Shown here: positions 1-12,387 of the stretch, piece by piece
Position numbering within the stretch: the stretch's first letter is position 1
Layout of the letters: each line of letters begins with the position of its first letter
From: Sarea resinae
Lineage: Eukaryota
Length of the DNA: 64,000 nt
Assembly: GCA_026026165.1 (NCBI GenBank)
Contig: JAPEUD010000056.1
Span: forward strand, 1 to 64,000
Reading direction: 5' to 3'
Program-made: the position numbers and the translations under genes
Notes under the pieces: generated by a model
Database searches by the model: none
Seen by the model: only the letters and a program-made list of their open reading frames with translations
Told to the model about the DNA's origin: nothing

Positions 1-32
<32 letters not shown>
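1..32. repeat. poly-G homopolymer at window start
   Basis: 32 consecutive G. Could be genuine (G runs also occur at ~17026-17044 and 26912-26936) or a sequencing/assembly artefact. Confidence 0.8.
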
Positions 33-34
<2 letters not shown>

Positions 35-808
35 GGTTCTAACTAGCCATTAGTACAGTGTACGGTGTATGATCTGTTTTTATTAAAGGCTTGAATCTTG
101 CCGTGCTGTGTGAGCGCTGCTGATCATGTATCCCTGATTTTTGCTCGGTGGGATGAGAGGGGGAGGGAGGGGGGAGGAGAGGGAGAGAAGGAGAGAGGGA
201 GAGAAGGAGGGGGGAAGAAGTGGAGGGGGGGAAGAGGGGAAGAGGGGGAGCAGAAGAAAATAGAAATAGAAATAGAGAAAGAAACAGAGAGAGACAGAGA
301 TGGGAGTACGAAAAATGCATCCATCATCCTAAATCCCAACGGGGGAAAATCACAGTAGACAAACACATCTTCAGCATAATATCATCAACTGGGAACGGAT
401 TTGGTATAGTTTATGTATAGCGATGATCTGGTGCTCAAATAGAAATAGTAATTTCATTTCCACAAGCTGATGAGTGGTGCTGACAGGTGGACATTTTGCA
501 CGAGGTTAAGAAGAAAAATAAGGATTGCTTGGGCACAGAAGGAGAGATCAGAAATTCGTTTCATTAGAATGTTGGTATTCAATGAGGGCTGTTTGAGCAT
601 TCTCATTCATCATAGAGTTTTTGAGAATTGCGAACTCTGTTTCGGGTTCCCTGTAGCAAGAGAGCCCTCCCAGGCTCCTGTCATGACCCATCATATCCCG
701 TCCGGCCCCAGTACACCCCATTGCGTTCCATTCCGTCCCCGTCCTTCCCGCCCTCCTACTTACTCCCCCAGGAAGCAAGCGCATAGCTTGAGAAGAATGA
801 CAGATAGT

Positions 809-1782
809 CTACTTCCCTTCCTGCTTCAGCTTCTCAAAGCGCGCCTTGGTATGCTTCGTGATACTCTCGGCATCAAAGACATAAGTGACGCTCTCCTGCG
901 CAATGACCTTCTTGGCCCAGGCGGAGAAATGCGGCACGCGGGTCTCCAACTCAGTCTTCAGCGAAGCCGGGAGGAAGTCATCGTTTGCGAAGGTGTAGAG
1001 GCGGATGATGAAGGGCGCGGTTTGGACCTGTTGATCGGTGGTTGTGGTGAGTGTGGGTTAAAATGACGTCTTAAGCGGCGCCAAAAAAGTAGGAACAATA
1101 TGACGGAGGAAATTGCAAATATGGGGAACAGTCAAAGCTATATGGTGCATACCTCAGCCAGAGTGAGCTTCTCGCTGCCCAAGAAATACGGTCCCTGACC
1201 CTCCGTCTTCACCTTCAACAACGGTTCGATCTCCTTGGCAACCGCATCGACGATCACCTGGATTTTCTCGCTCTTCTCCTCCGCACCCTCGCTACGCAGC
1301 GCGCCAAACCACAGCGGCAGAACCTTGGAGATGTAGGCGTCGACAAAGAAGTTGACACGCGCGCGGAAGAGGGGCGCAGTGGGGGATTCGTATGAGGGCG
1401 GCAGGAGGTGCGAGGGGCGTGCGTCGGCCAGGAACTGGGCCACAATGCCTGATTCCGTGATGATCTCGTCTGAGAGGATGCCATTGGAGTATTTGATTGT
1501 CGGCACGAGGCCACGCTTGAATTGCGGAGAGGCACTTGGTGAGCTTTTGAACTAGGCCTGGCATGGAATGACGATCTATAGAAGGAACCGTCATGGCTGA
1601 CTTACAGGATTGATCTTCAGATACCACTCATCGCGCGGACGGTTGAGATCAATGATAACCTCCTCGTAGGGCAGATCCAGCTCTTTGAGAGCAATATGAG
1701 CGCGGTGAGCCCACGGGCAGGCGTGATTGGTATAGAGGGTGATCTTGGGTACCACGCCGTTTGAAGTCGCGACTGTAGCCAT
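809..1782 (-). CDS. Glutathione S-transferase family protein (thioredoxin-like N domain plus GST C domain)
   Basis: Exons 1782-1606, 1515-1153 and 1027-809 joined by GT-AG introns. Motifs CPWAHRAHIAL, INP|RGLVP, ITESGIVAQFL and YFLGSEKLTLAEV. Stop TAG at 811-809. Confidence 0.9.
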
Positions 1783-2651
1783 TGTGATTATTTTCTTGAT
1801 TCGTAGTACAGTGCTGTAATAGTTGGTGTCTTTGGAGGATGTGCTGACGCCTTGTGCAGTGTGAATATGTTTTATTTATCTACGCTGGATTGTCTCATCG
1901 ACCTCCCCTCATGGTGTGCTCGGCTTGATTTCTAAGCTAGGTGAGGGGCGCCTATATGACATCAACATAAACATTCAGGGTCCGTCTACAGCAGAGAACG
2001 AGTGACTAATCTGAAGAACGAAAGGATGAGTAATCTGCGTGAGTAATGCGAGGGACGAGAGGAATGCGAGCAGCTACTACTGCGTTGCAGAAGTATTCGC
2101 AAATGCCATCTTCTGGCTTCGCCTTGCCTACACAGCACTACTCCGTACAACTAATGAAATGTAGTCAGTGGGCCTGCTGCCGACGATATCGTGTTTCAAT
2201 GGGATCACGACTATCCCTATCAACTTGACCTTACGGACCCGTCCAAAACAACAGTCAGTAATCGATTCAAGCATCAATCACGCATTCTCAGTATTCATGA
2301 ACATCCATGCATTCAACTATCGAACATTGAAGCCGTGAAACATTAGCTAAAAACGAAAGCGCTCGTGAAAGGGATGGCCTTAACAACCGTTGCAGTCGTT
2401 AAGCCATCCAAATGGCCCGTACAGAGGCCTCGTAAGAGAAAGTAGACGCTTGCTCAGAACCCTTTGATACCGCACGCAATCGCTGGCACAAAACATGACC
2501 GCCCTAGATGCGACTCAACCTTGAGTACATCAAGAGACGTGCATTACTGCCCAATTATTCACCACCACCACCACCACCACCGCCGCCGGAGCGGTCATTT
2601 CATCAATTCCGTCGCATCGCTTTTCAACCCCGCTAGGTACGATTTGCAAGC

Positions 2652-4231
2652 CTAGATGGCTGCAACTGGAGCTTCTCCATCAGTCTGAGGCTCGGTGTGG
2701 GCAGAGGCGGAAAACTGGTCTGCGATGGGTGTGGGCTCCTTTGAAGGAGGGGCAGGGAAGTCCGCGGAGGTATATGCTGGCTCAGTCTTAATTGGGGTCG
2801 ATACTTCCGGCTCGGTCTTAATGGGCGTAGTCGCGCTGGGGTTGGTGCTGGAAACCGCGGCTTTCTTTGGGGTAAATTCCGGAGACGTTGAGCGGGTGCG
2901 AGCAGATCCAAGATACTGGTGAGCCTTGTTGCTGTAGTCGCCTGCGTAAGACTTGACCGTTTCAGTAGTGCGAGCGGTATGCTGCTTAGCAATTTCCTTG
3001 ACTTGGTTGGCCTGGGTATGGACAATGTCTGAGGCTTGTTGGATCTGCAAATCGATGGTCTCCTTATTGCTGATGTAGGTCAATGGGATGATGTACAAGG
3101 CGACGGTCGAGATAAGAGCCAAACCCCAGAGAGGAATGAACTTGACGAGCCAGTACGAGAACAGAGAAGCAACAAAAGCCTATGTCCTGATTAATACGCG
3201 AGCTGCGTCCCACTGAAGATGAAAACTCACGACGATGGTCGCAGAAACATTCTCAGCAAACAACACGCGTTGGAACTCGATGACGAAGAAGTTGCTAAGC
3301 TCCTGGACGTCCTCCACGGCCTGCTCGAGAGTCTCTTTGGGGATAGTGTAGTACTTTCGGGGACGCAATTGGGAAGCAAATCCATTATTGAAGACAAGCT
3401 TTCCAAGGAGCTCCGCGGATGCAGTGACTAGCGCAGATTAGAAGACGTCAGATGATCAGAAGGAGAATGCTTACTTCCAAGAGCGACATAGAGGCCCTTG
3501 AAGATGTACCGGAAGATATGGATATACCGCACCGCAAAGATGAACAGAACAGTTGAAGTAAAGGAGATTGCCGTGGCACGGGGGTTCTCCCACTAGTAAT
3601 GTGAGCTTGGCAATGTATGTTGGTATCGAGGACAGCTTACACTCAAGAGGCTGTAGAACAGCGAATGGTAGTCTACAGAGATGGTCAGCCAGCGTCAAGA
3701 AAAGCCAGGATTGACATATAATCACGCGTCAAAGGTTGGCCAGTCGCTGCGGGTTGATCGGGACGAGTGCGAGAGTTTGCAAGATTCCGGAACTCAGCAG
3801 ATGTCTTCGCAGACTCAGTCCTAACGCTATCGGCAACAGGGCCTTGATACCATTAGTCGGGCATATTGAAGGACTGAGAGAAGATGCTGCATGACGTGTT
3901 AATCTTGGTATCATAAAATGTCGGCCATTGGGCGGGTAGCCTACCTTACCGTTCTGCACAGTGTCCTTGACATTCTGTGTGAGCGGGTGGTTTTGGACCG
4001 AGTTGAAGGCCGACTGAGCATCTAGAGAATCATCGTAAGTCACTGTCGAAAACGAGTGGCCTCATGAATACTATGATAGGCATCCAGGTTAGCATTCCGT
4101 CAGGAGTAATGTCGAGAGCGGGCGATGCTTACCTCACTAGAGGCAAAGCTGTCCTTCGCGTTGGACAGCGCGTTGCCGCCATTCGCAGCTGAATCCGTCG
4201 ACGGATAGGTCACGTCAGAGTGAACCGACAT
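2652..4231 (-). CDS. RTN1: Reticulon-like ER-shaping protein
   Basis: Exons 4231-4138, 4021-3950, 3842-3726, 3672-3641, 3592-3475, 3427-3231 and 3179-2652 give one open frame. Reticulon hallmarks: YHSLFYSLLSWENPRAT, two long hydrophobic hairpins, RPRKYYTIPKETLE...NFFVIEFQRVLFAEN. Confidence 0.9.
3843..3949 (-). other. Second [D5,6] stwintron of the reticulon gene
   Basis: Minus strand: GTAAG | internal intron GTAGGC...ATTAAC...TGCAG (3944-3887, 58 nt) | C. This reconstitutes donor GTAAGC of a 49-nt external intron (branch GACTAAT, acceptor CAAG at 3843). Confidence 0.7.
4022..4137 (-). other. First [D5,6] stwintron of the reticulon gene
   Basis: Minus strand: GTGAG | internal intron GTAAGC...GCTAAC...CATAG (4132-4071, 62 nt) | T. 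This reconstitutes donor GTGAGT of a 54-nt external intron ending TCTAG at 4022. Only removal of the whole 4137-4022 block keeps the frame. Confidence 0.8.
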
Positions 4232-6149
4232 CTCGGCGATTTATGAAATGAAACTTTCTGCAAGAGCTCAAATGATAAGGTAGTCGAAATGAGACTGAAG
4301 CGTCAGAAGTGTGACGAAGTAAAGAACTAAGGATCAAGCTTCCGGTGGCGATGGAGTCGAGAAGGGTGAAGGTCGGGAGGATGAATGATGAGGGAGAAGG
4401 TAAGGTAGATAGATGAGTGCTTCACTCTGGTGGTCAGGCAAAGGGAGTTTCCAGGTTTCCAGTGTTTTCATCAATGGCGTCTGTTGGCACACGACCAGGC
4501 TAGGCAAGCACGAAGTACCCAAGGTACCTCCACTCTCCAAGTCCGGCCACAAAGGGCCAAGGGGGCCTCGGGCCACATCTCAAGAGCCACAGCGTGCTCG
4601 CTAGAATTCAGTAGTCACCGACCCGGAAAGCACCGCCCAGAGCACTCGGCTGCCCATGTGGGAGAATGCCCTTGTTCGCCGGCACCACTGCTAAAGGAGT
4701 ACTTAATCTTAACATCTTACGACGGCTGCACTTCGACTGACCTGCAATGACCTGGGCTGTACATTCGTACTCCGAGTACTGATCTCACATGAAGACGACT
4801 AGTACTTCGTACCTACCTACCTGACCTAGAGTAGGTACGAGTAAAGTTGCTGCGACTACTACAGTACCTACCTTAGCTAAGGTACCTTAGCTAGGGGTAC
4901 TTCGTACTCCTTTAAACCGATGGAATCACAACACAAGACAACCGATGATGCAACCTCTCCTTCTTTTTCTCCATTCCATGCCACTGGGCTTCTCATGCTC
5001 CACCACCAAAAGGTTTCCGAAAGTTGCAACCTTCGAAGCATTCGCAGAGCAGCTTCACCTGTTCATGTATATAGATCGGCCTAATGGTTGGAAAAATACA
5101 GGTACCTCACAGTGACACGGTGTACATTGCACGATTGGAAATTAGAAGAACGAACGCATCTGAAGGAAGCCCAGTATTCTCCTCTGTTAGGCCCTTCACG
5201 GGCATCATCACGCTGCATTGCTGCATACCTTACCTACCTAGGTAGGTAGTCAGAGTATGCCACAACCAATTTTTAGCATTTACTATTTGATGTTAGGATT
5301 CTCTTCTAGACACAAAGTTATAAGATACCTTATTTTTAAGATCACTATCTAACCGCCGGATTTTCTTATGAAGTCAATGAATGATAACGTCAAAATCTAA
5401 AACAGTAATTGATAAATCAAAGGTGAATAGCTTGCGACTCTGAAAAGGTGCTATCATGCCAGAGAGTGTAGTAGTAATCACTCACCATCAGCGTATATTT
5501 ATTATCTTAGATAAGTCAGATAGCGAGACTGTTCTGAGTTAGTCGGTAGTTCCAACGAAGGTCTTCGAGGCTTCTGTTGCGAGGTCGGCACGTTCAATAG
5601 TCGGCTTATAAACACAGATCGCGAGATTAGCCCTACTACGTAGTACTGTGATCACCGAGATATGAACATCCTGTCTCCCATCTCCATCATGTTAAGCCAG
5701 TAGTGCAAGGGTGAAGCTCCAATTGAGTCAATGTCACGACCACCACAAAGCCCTGCTTTTCTGCTACACCGGTCGAATAACGTGCGGTCTCTATTTAATA
5801 TTCCAGGACGGATCGCCTATTGCCGATGCGGATGACCCAAGCCATCGAAAGGGCTTCCCACCGTTCCTGTTCATCTATCAGATTTCTGGAGTGTTCTGAA
5901 ATATCAGGAATTAGCCAGTGTATCGTGATGAGATGACGGTGGAGGACAGTGGTAAGAGTACCATATTTGGAGAATCAGCTGTGACGAGCTAAAACCGTCA
6001 TGACCACACAGTAGAGTAGGACACCAAACACAGTGGAACGGACCTCCTGTCAGCCGTCTCTAAATTAGAAAAGTCATGCTGAAAATGTTCGTTATTCCGG
6101 AAGACACACCTCAGCCACATCGCGTTCTATCTCCAGACCCGGGGCCGTT

Positions 6150-6425
6150 TTACTCCGACGAAGTCGAAGATGCCCAATTCTGGCGTGCCGCTAGGCCTGT
6201 GATTTGTTTCTCGGCCTGAATACCGCGACTTGCCATATGCTTCCTCTCCTTCCATCCACAGTGACCGGAGCAGAGAAGACAGACGCGCCCCTTCTTGTGT
6301 GGCAGTTGACGATACTCGCGGATGATGCAGACAGGCTCTCCAGGCCAACTTAGTCCACAGGACCTATAGCCAGCGGGGACCTCGGTGCCGCAGTTCTTGC
6401 ACGCCCAGAAGAAGTTGAAACACAT
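6150..6425 (-). CDS. Small Cys-rich hypothetical protein (~91 aa), possibly Zn-binding
   Basis: ORF from the internal ATG: MCFNFFWACKNCG...C...C...CLLCSGHC. Two CxxC pairs; no family recognised. Confidence 0.35.
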   Translation of the reverse strand: MCFNFFWACKNCGTEVPAGYRSCGLSWPGEPVCIIREYRQLPHKKGRVCLLCSGHCGWKERKHMASRGIQAEKQITGLAARQNWASSTSSE

Positions 6426-7945
6426 TGATTCGGGCGATCGAGATGAGTAGTAGGTCAGGTGATCATAAGAAGTCTCAGGAGGAGGAGCTTTAGGAAAATC
6501 GGAGTTGATCGACGAAAGTGAAGATTGATTTGGTTTGCCTGTCACCTACAAAGGTAAAGGTTCGACGAGCTTGCAAGGGGTGAACTGCATGCAATGATGT
6601 CAACAGCAACAAGAGATTCGTGGCCTGTGACAAGTGCGAGCAATACTGTTGGCGCAGCGACTCAGGTTGTGATTGACAAACCTGAGCCATGATTCCTTCT
6701 ATAAAAAACAGAACGAGAAGTCACAGACACGAACAAAACAAGATGCCTGCAAAGCTATAGATTTGAAATATGTTTCGAGGACAGCAGACTAGGTATCGAA
6801 TCTCCAGCTTTCTGGGGGGCTTGTTCATTAGTATTGCATCCTGACGCCAGAGAGATACCAAGCAGTGTGTTGGAGGCTTAGATGTCCGCGACTAGGGAGA
6901 CCACGAGCAGGAAGGAGCAATTGGAAAGTCAAGGAAATAAGGTAGGCAAGAATGATAACATGGGCAAAATATTTGATTTCTATGAATAGCTAGAGTCTGA
7001 CTCCTATCTATTGCTCTGGCGGACAGAATCTGCCCTCAGCGTGAATGAGACTCGGGGGTTCCTCAGCCCCTCTCTCAGGAACACATATTTTGTTCATTAC
7101 TCTGGGAAGAGTAAAATGATCCCTTAGAAAACCTAGACAATCCGCAATTCGGCCCACTACACCAGCAAAATAAAAAAGACCGATATATCTACGCTTTCAA
7201 AGCACCATTGATGAGGCCTTGCAACAGGAAAAGGATTCAGAATCTCTATTCATGCGAATCGATACACCAATGCATGGATTTCAGTGGGAGAAAGCCGCGA
7301 CAGTGGCGATTGCTGCCGACTTCAGAGTAGAATAGCAACGTGAATGCCTCAATTTGAAGTAGCCTCCTGTTACATATATCGAGTTCCCGTCCAAAAAGAG
7401 TAGTATATCGGAATATTAGAATGGAGCACTAAGGTGATTAGGTAGGCATTATTATAAGTCAGGTAGGTAAGGGAGGTCGGTAGAGACACGGTGATCATAC
7501 TCCGTAGTAAGCTCCGGCCAACGACGGGAGTTTCGAAGTACCTAGGTACCTTACCTAGGTACGGAGTACTTCGCACCTGACCGCAACTGAGAGTCGTAAC
7601 AATAGCGCGCCTCCCCTCCCCTGCCGACTTTAGCGCGATTCGAATCACAACAAACTCCAGCTCCCCGAAGTCAACCATCAACCATCACCATCATCGCCAT
7701 CCTCGACTTCCATCACCATCAACACCTTTGCTCCCACGAAGTCGACGATCTTCACCAGATTCATTGGCATATCCCGAGAGACTGATTGACGATTTTCGAT
7801 CTCACGCCTTCCGACATCCTCGTTTCACCCCGCGATTGATCAACAACACAACGTGTCCGATGATGCGAGGTTAACCCTGGTGGAATTTCCACTCCTCTTC
7901 GCCAAACCGACGCGTTGCCGTGTCCTCTGGTCGCTACCATTTGCC

Positions 7946-10900
7946 ATGGCTAACGTACGATCGAGAGTCCAATTGCCGGTCGGCTCGGCGCAATGGGTTG
8001 CCAATGAGCGAGTGCAAGCTTTGCAATTCGTCGACCAGGACGTGGAAGACTTCGCTTTTTCCGCGCGTAACGAGCTTGACTGGCTCAATGAGCACATGAC
8101 AGATATCTTTACAAAGAATGCAATGTAATATCTCGAAATCTTGCGGGAGTGAGGCAGGCTGACATTCGAATAGCAACGTTGTGGATGTGTTCAAGACTCC
8201 TGGGAAATTACGTGGCAAGACCCCGCGCACTGCTAGGAAACGCAATCCTCTCGAAACTCGCGCGGTTCGTCACGTCTTTGCATTATATTTTGGCGTACAC
8301 TAATTGCTTTTCAGCCCCTCACGGATATCTTTTCTACCAACATACAGGCGAAGGACAGCCCGGCACATGCAACGGCTTTCTATAAGCAAGTTTCTCAGTT
8401 TCAGGTCGCAGAGGACCCGGGACACTCAGTAAATGGACGTGATGTACCGACTAATGGCGGAAACCCAGCAATCACAGGGAAAGAGAATATGGATTCTGGC
8501 TACCACGGAATGACTGGGGATGAGATGGATCCAATTAATGGCTTGGCTAGTCAAGCTGAAGAGATACGCTCTCCTGGCGATGGTTCAAGTCCTGTCCGCG
8601 CTCCAATCCGAAAGAGTAGTCTATCATTTGCGACACTTCCTGCTCGTGAACCTCTTACAACGAAGAAGAGCTTTGGCCCTGGAGTCTCGAGGGCCAGTCA
8701 TGTTGATCATAACCCCATGGGCATGGCAAACCGAGCGAGCCATTTCGAAAGCAAACAAGGTGGTGACATTCCTGGTGACAGAAGCGAAATTCCACGCGCG
8801 CAAGTGGAGGAATACCATGATGTGATGGACATAGATACAGAGGAGAAGCCAGCTATTACATTAGAAGAGGGCGGGCGAGATGCGAAATCCACCGAGGATC
8901 ACAACAAGACATCCACTCAGCGATTGCACGACAGGATCAACATGCTTGGACAGTCACATGCTCCACGACCGACAAAATCTATACCGTCACTAGCAGCAAT
9001 CTCTCAACTCAATTATCCGGATCTCCGAGCTGAATCAGAGCATCCCGTGTCTGCTATTGCAGACGCTGACGCGCAAAAGTCGACGGCTTTTCATATCCTA
9101 GATGATGACGAAGAAGACTGGATTCCTCAAATGCCTGTGCGAGCACCGTTATCGACCAGGCCTCAGCTGACGAAGAGCTTTTCAGCAGAAGTCATGGAGA
9201 AGATCAGCGGCAAGAATAGTATTGGTGGCTTAGAACACGCTCATGATAGCCCTAGTCAGACACGAACAGTCACTATGGGTTCTCCTTTGCGACATCACAC
9301 CTTACCAGAAGAAGCTGATGGTCATGATGAAGGGCCTATTGCTCATGTTCCCGTCTCACCCCCGAGTGGCGTCGGGGCCGCTGGAGTAACACGGAAGAAG
9401 GCAGATACAGTCTCTCATCCGGCTCTTTCTTCGAGTTCATGGGATCTGAACCAGGTCCAGGATTCTACTACACCTCTGGGTTCGCCTAAGAGGTTTGTTG
9501 ATAATCCGTTGAGCGCATCAAAAAACAAGATGTCGTCTATACTCAAATCGGCGAAAAACTTGTTCGTAGCGAGCGCTGGGGTCAGTGCCGAGGCGAAGAT
9601 GGAGACCCTGTCCCCACACTCAATGCGTCTGAGAAGTAAGGCGCATAGCCCTGCAGTGGACAAAATCCGGAGCGCCAAACTTCCGCCTGCAAACGAGGAT
9701 CTCTATCCAAAGATAGACGTTGATATGGATGAAGCTATTCCCGTTCAGCCTCAAGCGAGCGAATCTCCAAAGCAAAGCAACGTACGAAGGACCAGAAGTT
9801 CTACCGCTAAGGAGCAGCAGGAGAAAGAATGTGAGGCGAAGACGCAGCATGAAGAGGAATCTAATGTCGGTCCCAGTGAGGTTAAGGGCAAGACAGCAGG
9901 ATCTGGCCATACGACTGTAGCCAACATCGACATTCCGGAAGCTCGTCAGGCCATGCTGCCTCCAGCTTTGCCAAAAGGCCAGTCTAAATCGAATCAGAAT
10001 CAAAAGGGCAGAGAAGTCCGGCGGCCTACAAGACCAACCAAGGAGACGGCTCCAAAGGCAAAGCCTGTGGCTATTCATATCCCTACAGCATCCCAGCGGG
10101 AGTTCAACAATCGTAAAGTATGTGAAGCACAATACCTGACGAAGCCACTCACTAATAGGTAATAGACAAACCAGACTCATCCCTCCAACTCAGCCCTGGC
10201 CGCAACATTGCAAGATACCCTGGGGGGGCCTCAGTCTAAACCCAAGCAGCAAAACCCGGCTAATAAGGCTAGCACTGCTTCTTCATATAGCGCCACTTCC
10301 AGTACCACCTCGAAGAAAGGCACCTCGACCATTGGGCGTCCGAAAGCGCTGATTGCCGCCGCTAAAAAGAAGGAACAGGTAATTCGAAACTCACGAAGCT
10401 CAATCATTCTAAGTTTACTAACGTTATCTTTAGGCTGAGATCGAAGCTCGCCGTAAGGCTGATCACAAACGAGATATTGAGCAAAAGCGGGCAGCGCAGC
10501 AAGAGGAGGAAGCGAGAAAGCGACAGGATCAATCCAAGAAACGAGAAGAAGAATTGGACAAGCTAGAAGAGCAAGCGCGTAAGCGAGACGAGGAGAAAGC
10601 GAAGAAACGAGAGGAGGAGGCTTTGAAGAAGCGAGTGGCCGAAGAAGAGGAATACAAAAAACATGCCGCTGAGCGAGCTGCTGAACGTAACGAGTTGAGA
10701 AGACAAGAGGAGCTGCAGAGGCTTCCACCGGGCGAAAAATACGATGCAGCACGAACCCAAGCATTACGTGCTAAGCTTCAGAAGGCGAAAGAGCGATGGG
10801 GGATGCTCAAACCCCCAGAGGAGAAGCCTCGTCCTCAGCTTCCCGCGCGAGCAGAACCATCCAATGACCTCGTAAGTTTGCCCATGTGCTAGTGAACAAA

Positions 10901-11956
10901 GGAGCTAAAGATGGTCAGGCGCATGCTTTGCAACAAGAGAAGACACACGCTGCCCCGGCTCAACCTCGAGGCGAGCTTGCCAACGGAAGGCCGTATTCCA
11001 GAATGGACTCACTCCTCGAGTCTAATCGCATCGCCCGAATGGAGCATATTCAGGAGTTCAGTCGACAGGTCAATCAACATGTTAATCAGCAGATGAATCA
11101 ACAGCCCAATTATCCGCCAATCAATCCTGCGCGCCCCCCCAAGCGTGCTCCTCTGACCGAATCTTCTGATGAAGCGCAACATCGCCCGAACGATCCGCGC
11201 GGTGGGTTGCCTTATCAGCAGAATGAATCTAAGCGACGCCGAACGGGGCAAGAAGAGCCTGAAGAGGACGTACCAAGGGCTGCCGGGACTTCGAACGTTC
11301 GGAAGGTAATCAAACATGAGCTCGTTGCCTATGACACTACTGAAGGTTTACAGGATGGGCCAAACTCGATATTTTCGAGCGGTTACACCAGCTCCGCTCC
11401 ATACCAGGGTGGGCACACTATACCCGCTTTCTTGCAATCGAATCCGTTGCAGACGCAAACGAATCAATTGCAAGCAAATCCGAATGGCCCGCAACGGAAG
11501 CTTCCAGCTCACCCGATGGCTTTGGCAGCAACTTCGAATGCGCAGATTCCTTTCGCCTCATCGTCAAGCAATCAGCCCAGCCAGAACACCGCTAATCGGA
11601 ACTTTTCACCAGGATACCAGATGGGCGATGCCATTGATCTCCCAGACATCAACACCGACAGTGAAGATGATGATTCGGCGCTGGACACATCACTCCCATC
11701 GTGGGCAGATAGCCCGGCTTTGAATGAGACGCTTGCCCGCCAGCAGCTGATGAATCCGGAGGAAGTGTTTGGACCTATCGCGCCTCTTCACATGGAAGAG
11801 ATCTTCAAAAATAAGGATCGTCATCACCGCTTTAGGAGCCGTACTAGTAGTGCCAATTGGAGTGGCCAGGATCGTCTCACTGAAGATGAGATCCGAAAAG
11901 ATATGGAAGGCCGTGAGCGCCTGCAGCGCAATGGAGGATGGACCTACGATACGTGA
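7946..11956 (+). CDS. INCENP: Inner centromere protein (INCENP/Pic1/Sli15), chromosomal passenger complex scaffold
   Basis: N-terminus VGSAQWVANER...FSARNELDWLNEHM, then KTPGKLRGKTPRT, a long disordered middle, a charged coiled coil (~10440-10800) and a C-terminal IN-box (LPDINTDSEDDD...WADSPAL...PEEVFGPIAPLHMEEIF...FRSRTSSANWSG). Several short GT-AG introns. Confidence 0.92.
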
Positions 11957-12387
11957 TGCATATCTCACAAATTGCTCAGGTCTGGATTAGCTTATCTTTT
12001 TAGAGGCTGCGAAGTTTGACTCTTCTCCAGTATTGCTTGATTCGCCGTTTTCTTTTTAGCATTCTTTCTATGGCGTTGGAAAGAGGGTTTCTGCTGGCTG
12101 GGCATGGATTATGGGGCACAGGATTACGCTTTCCTTGACGTGGGGCACGCTCAGTGGATACCGTTGTCGGCATGGGATACGGACGGAAGTGGTCTTGGGG
12201 ATTTTTACTGTTGAAAAGCTCGCGTTGTTCGAGTGTCCTCATGCCACAATACGCATTCTTCTATCCTCCATTGGGAGCGATATCGAAGCTGCTGCTACAG
12301 ACGCATGTAGTTATTCTCTTTTTCTTTGACTGCGGCAATGAAAGAAATATAAACACACTGAACCCATTGCTTGTGGGACGTATACTT

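Noticed and set aside
1..320. Poly-G/GA-rich tract and its ORFs as a gene or telomere
   Set aside because: Low-complexity translation only and no TTAGGG-type repeats; may be partly an artefact.
470..1066. 198-aa plus-strand ORF
   Set aside because: Antisense shadow of the GST last exon and 3' region; no recognisable motifs.
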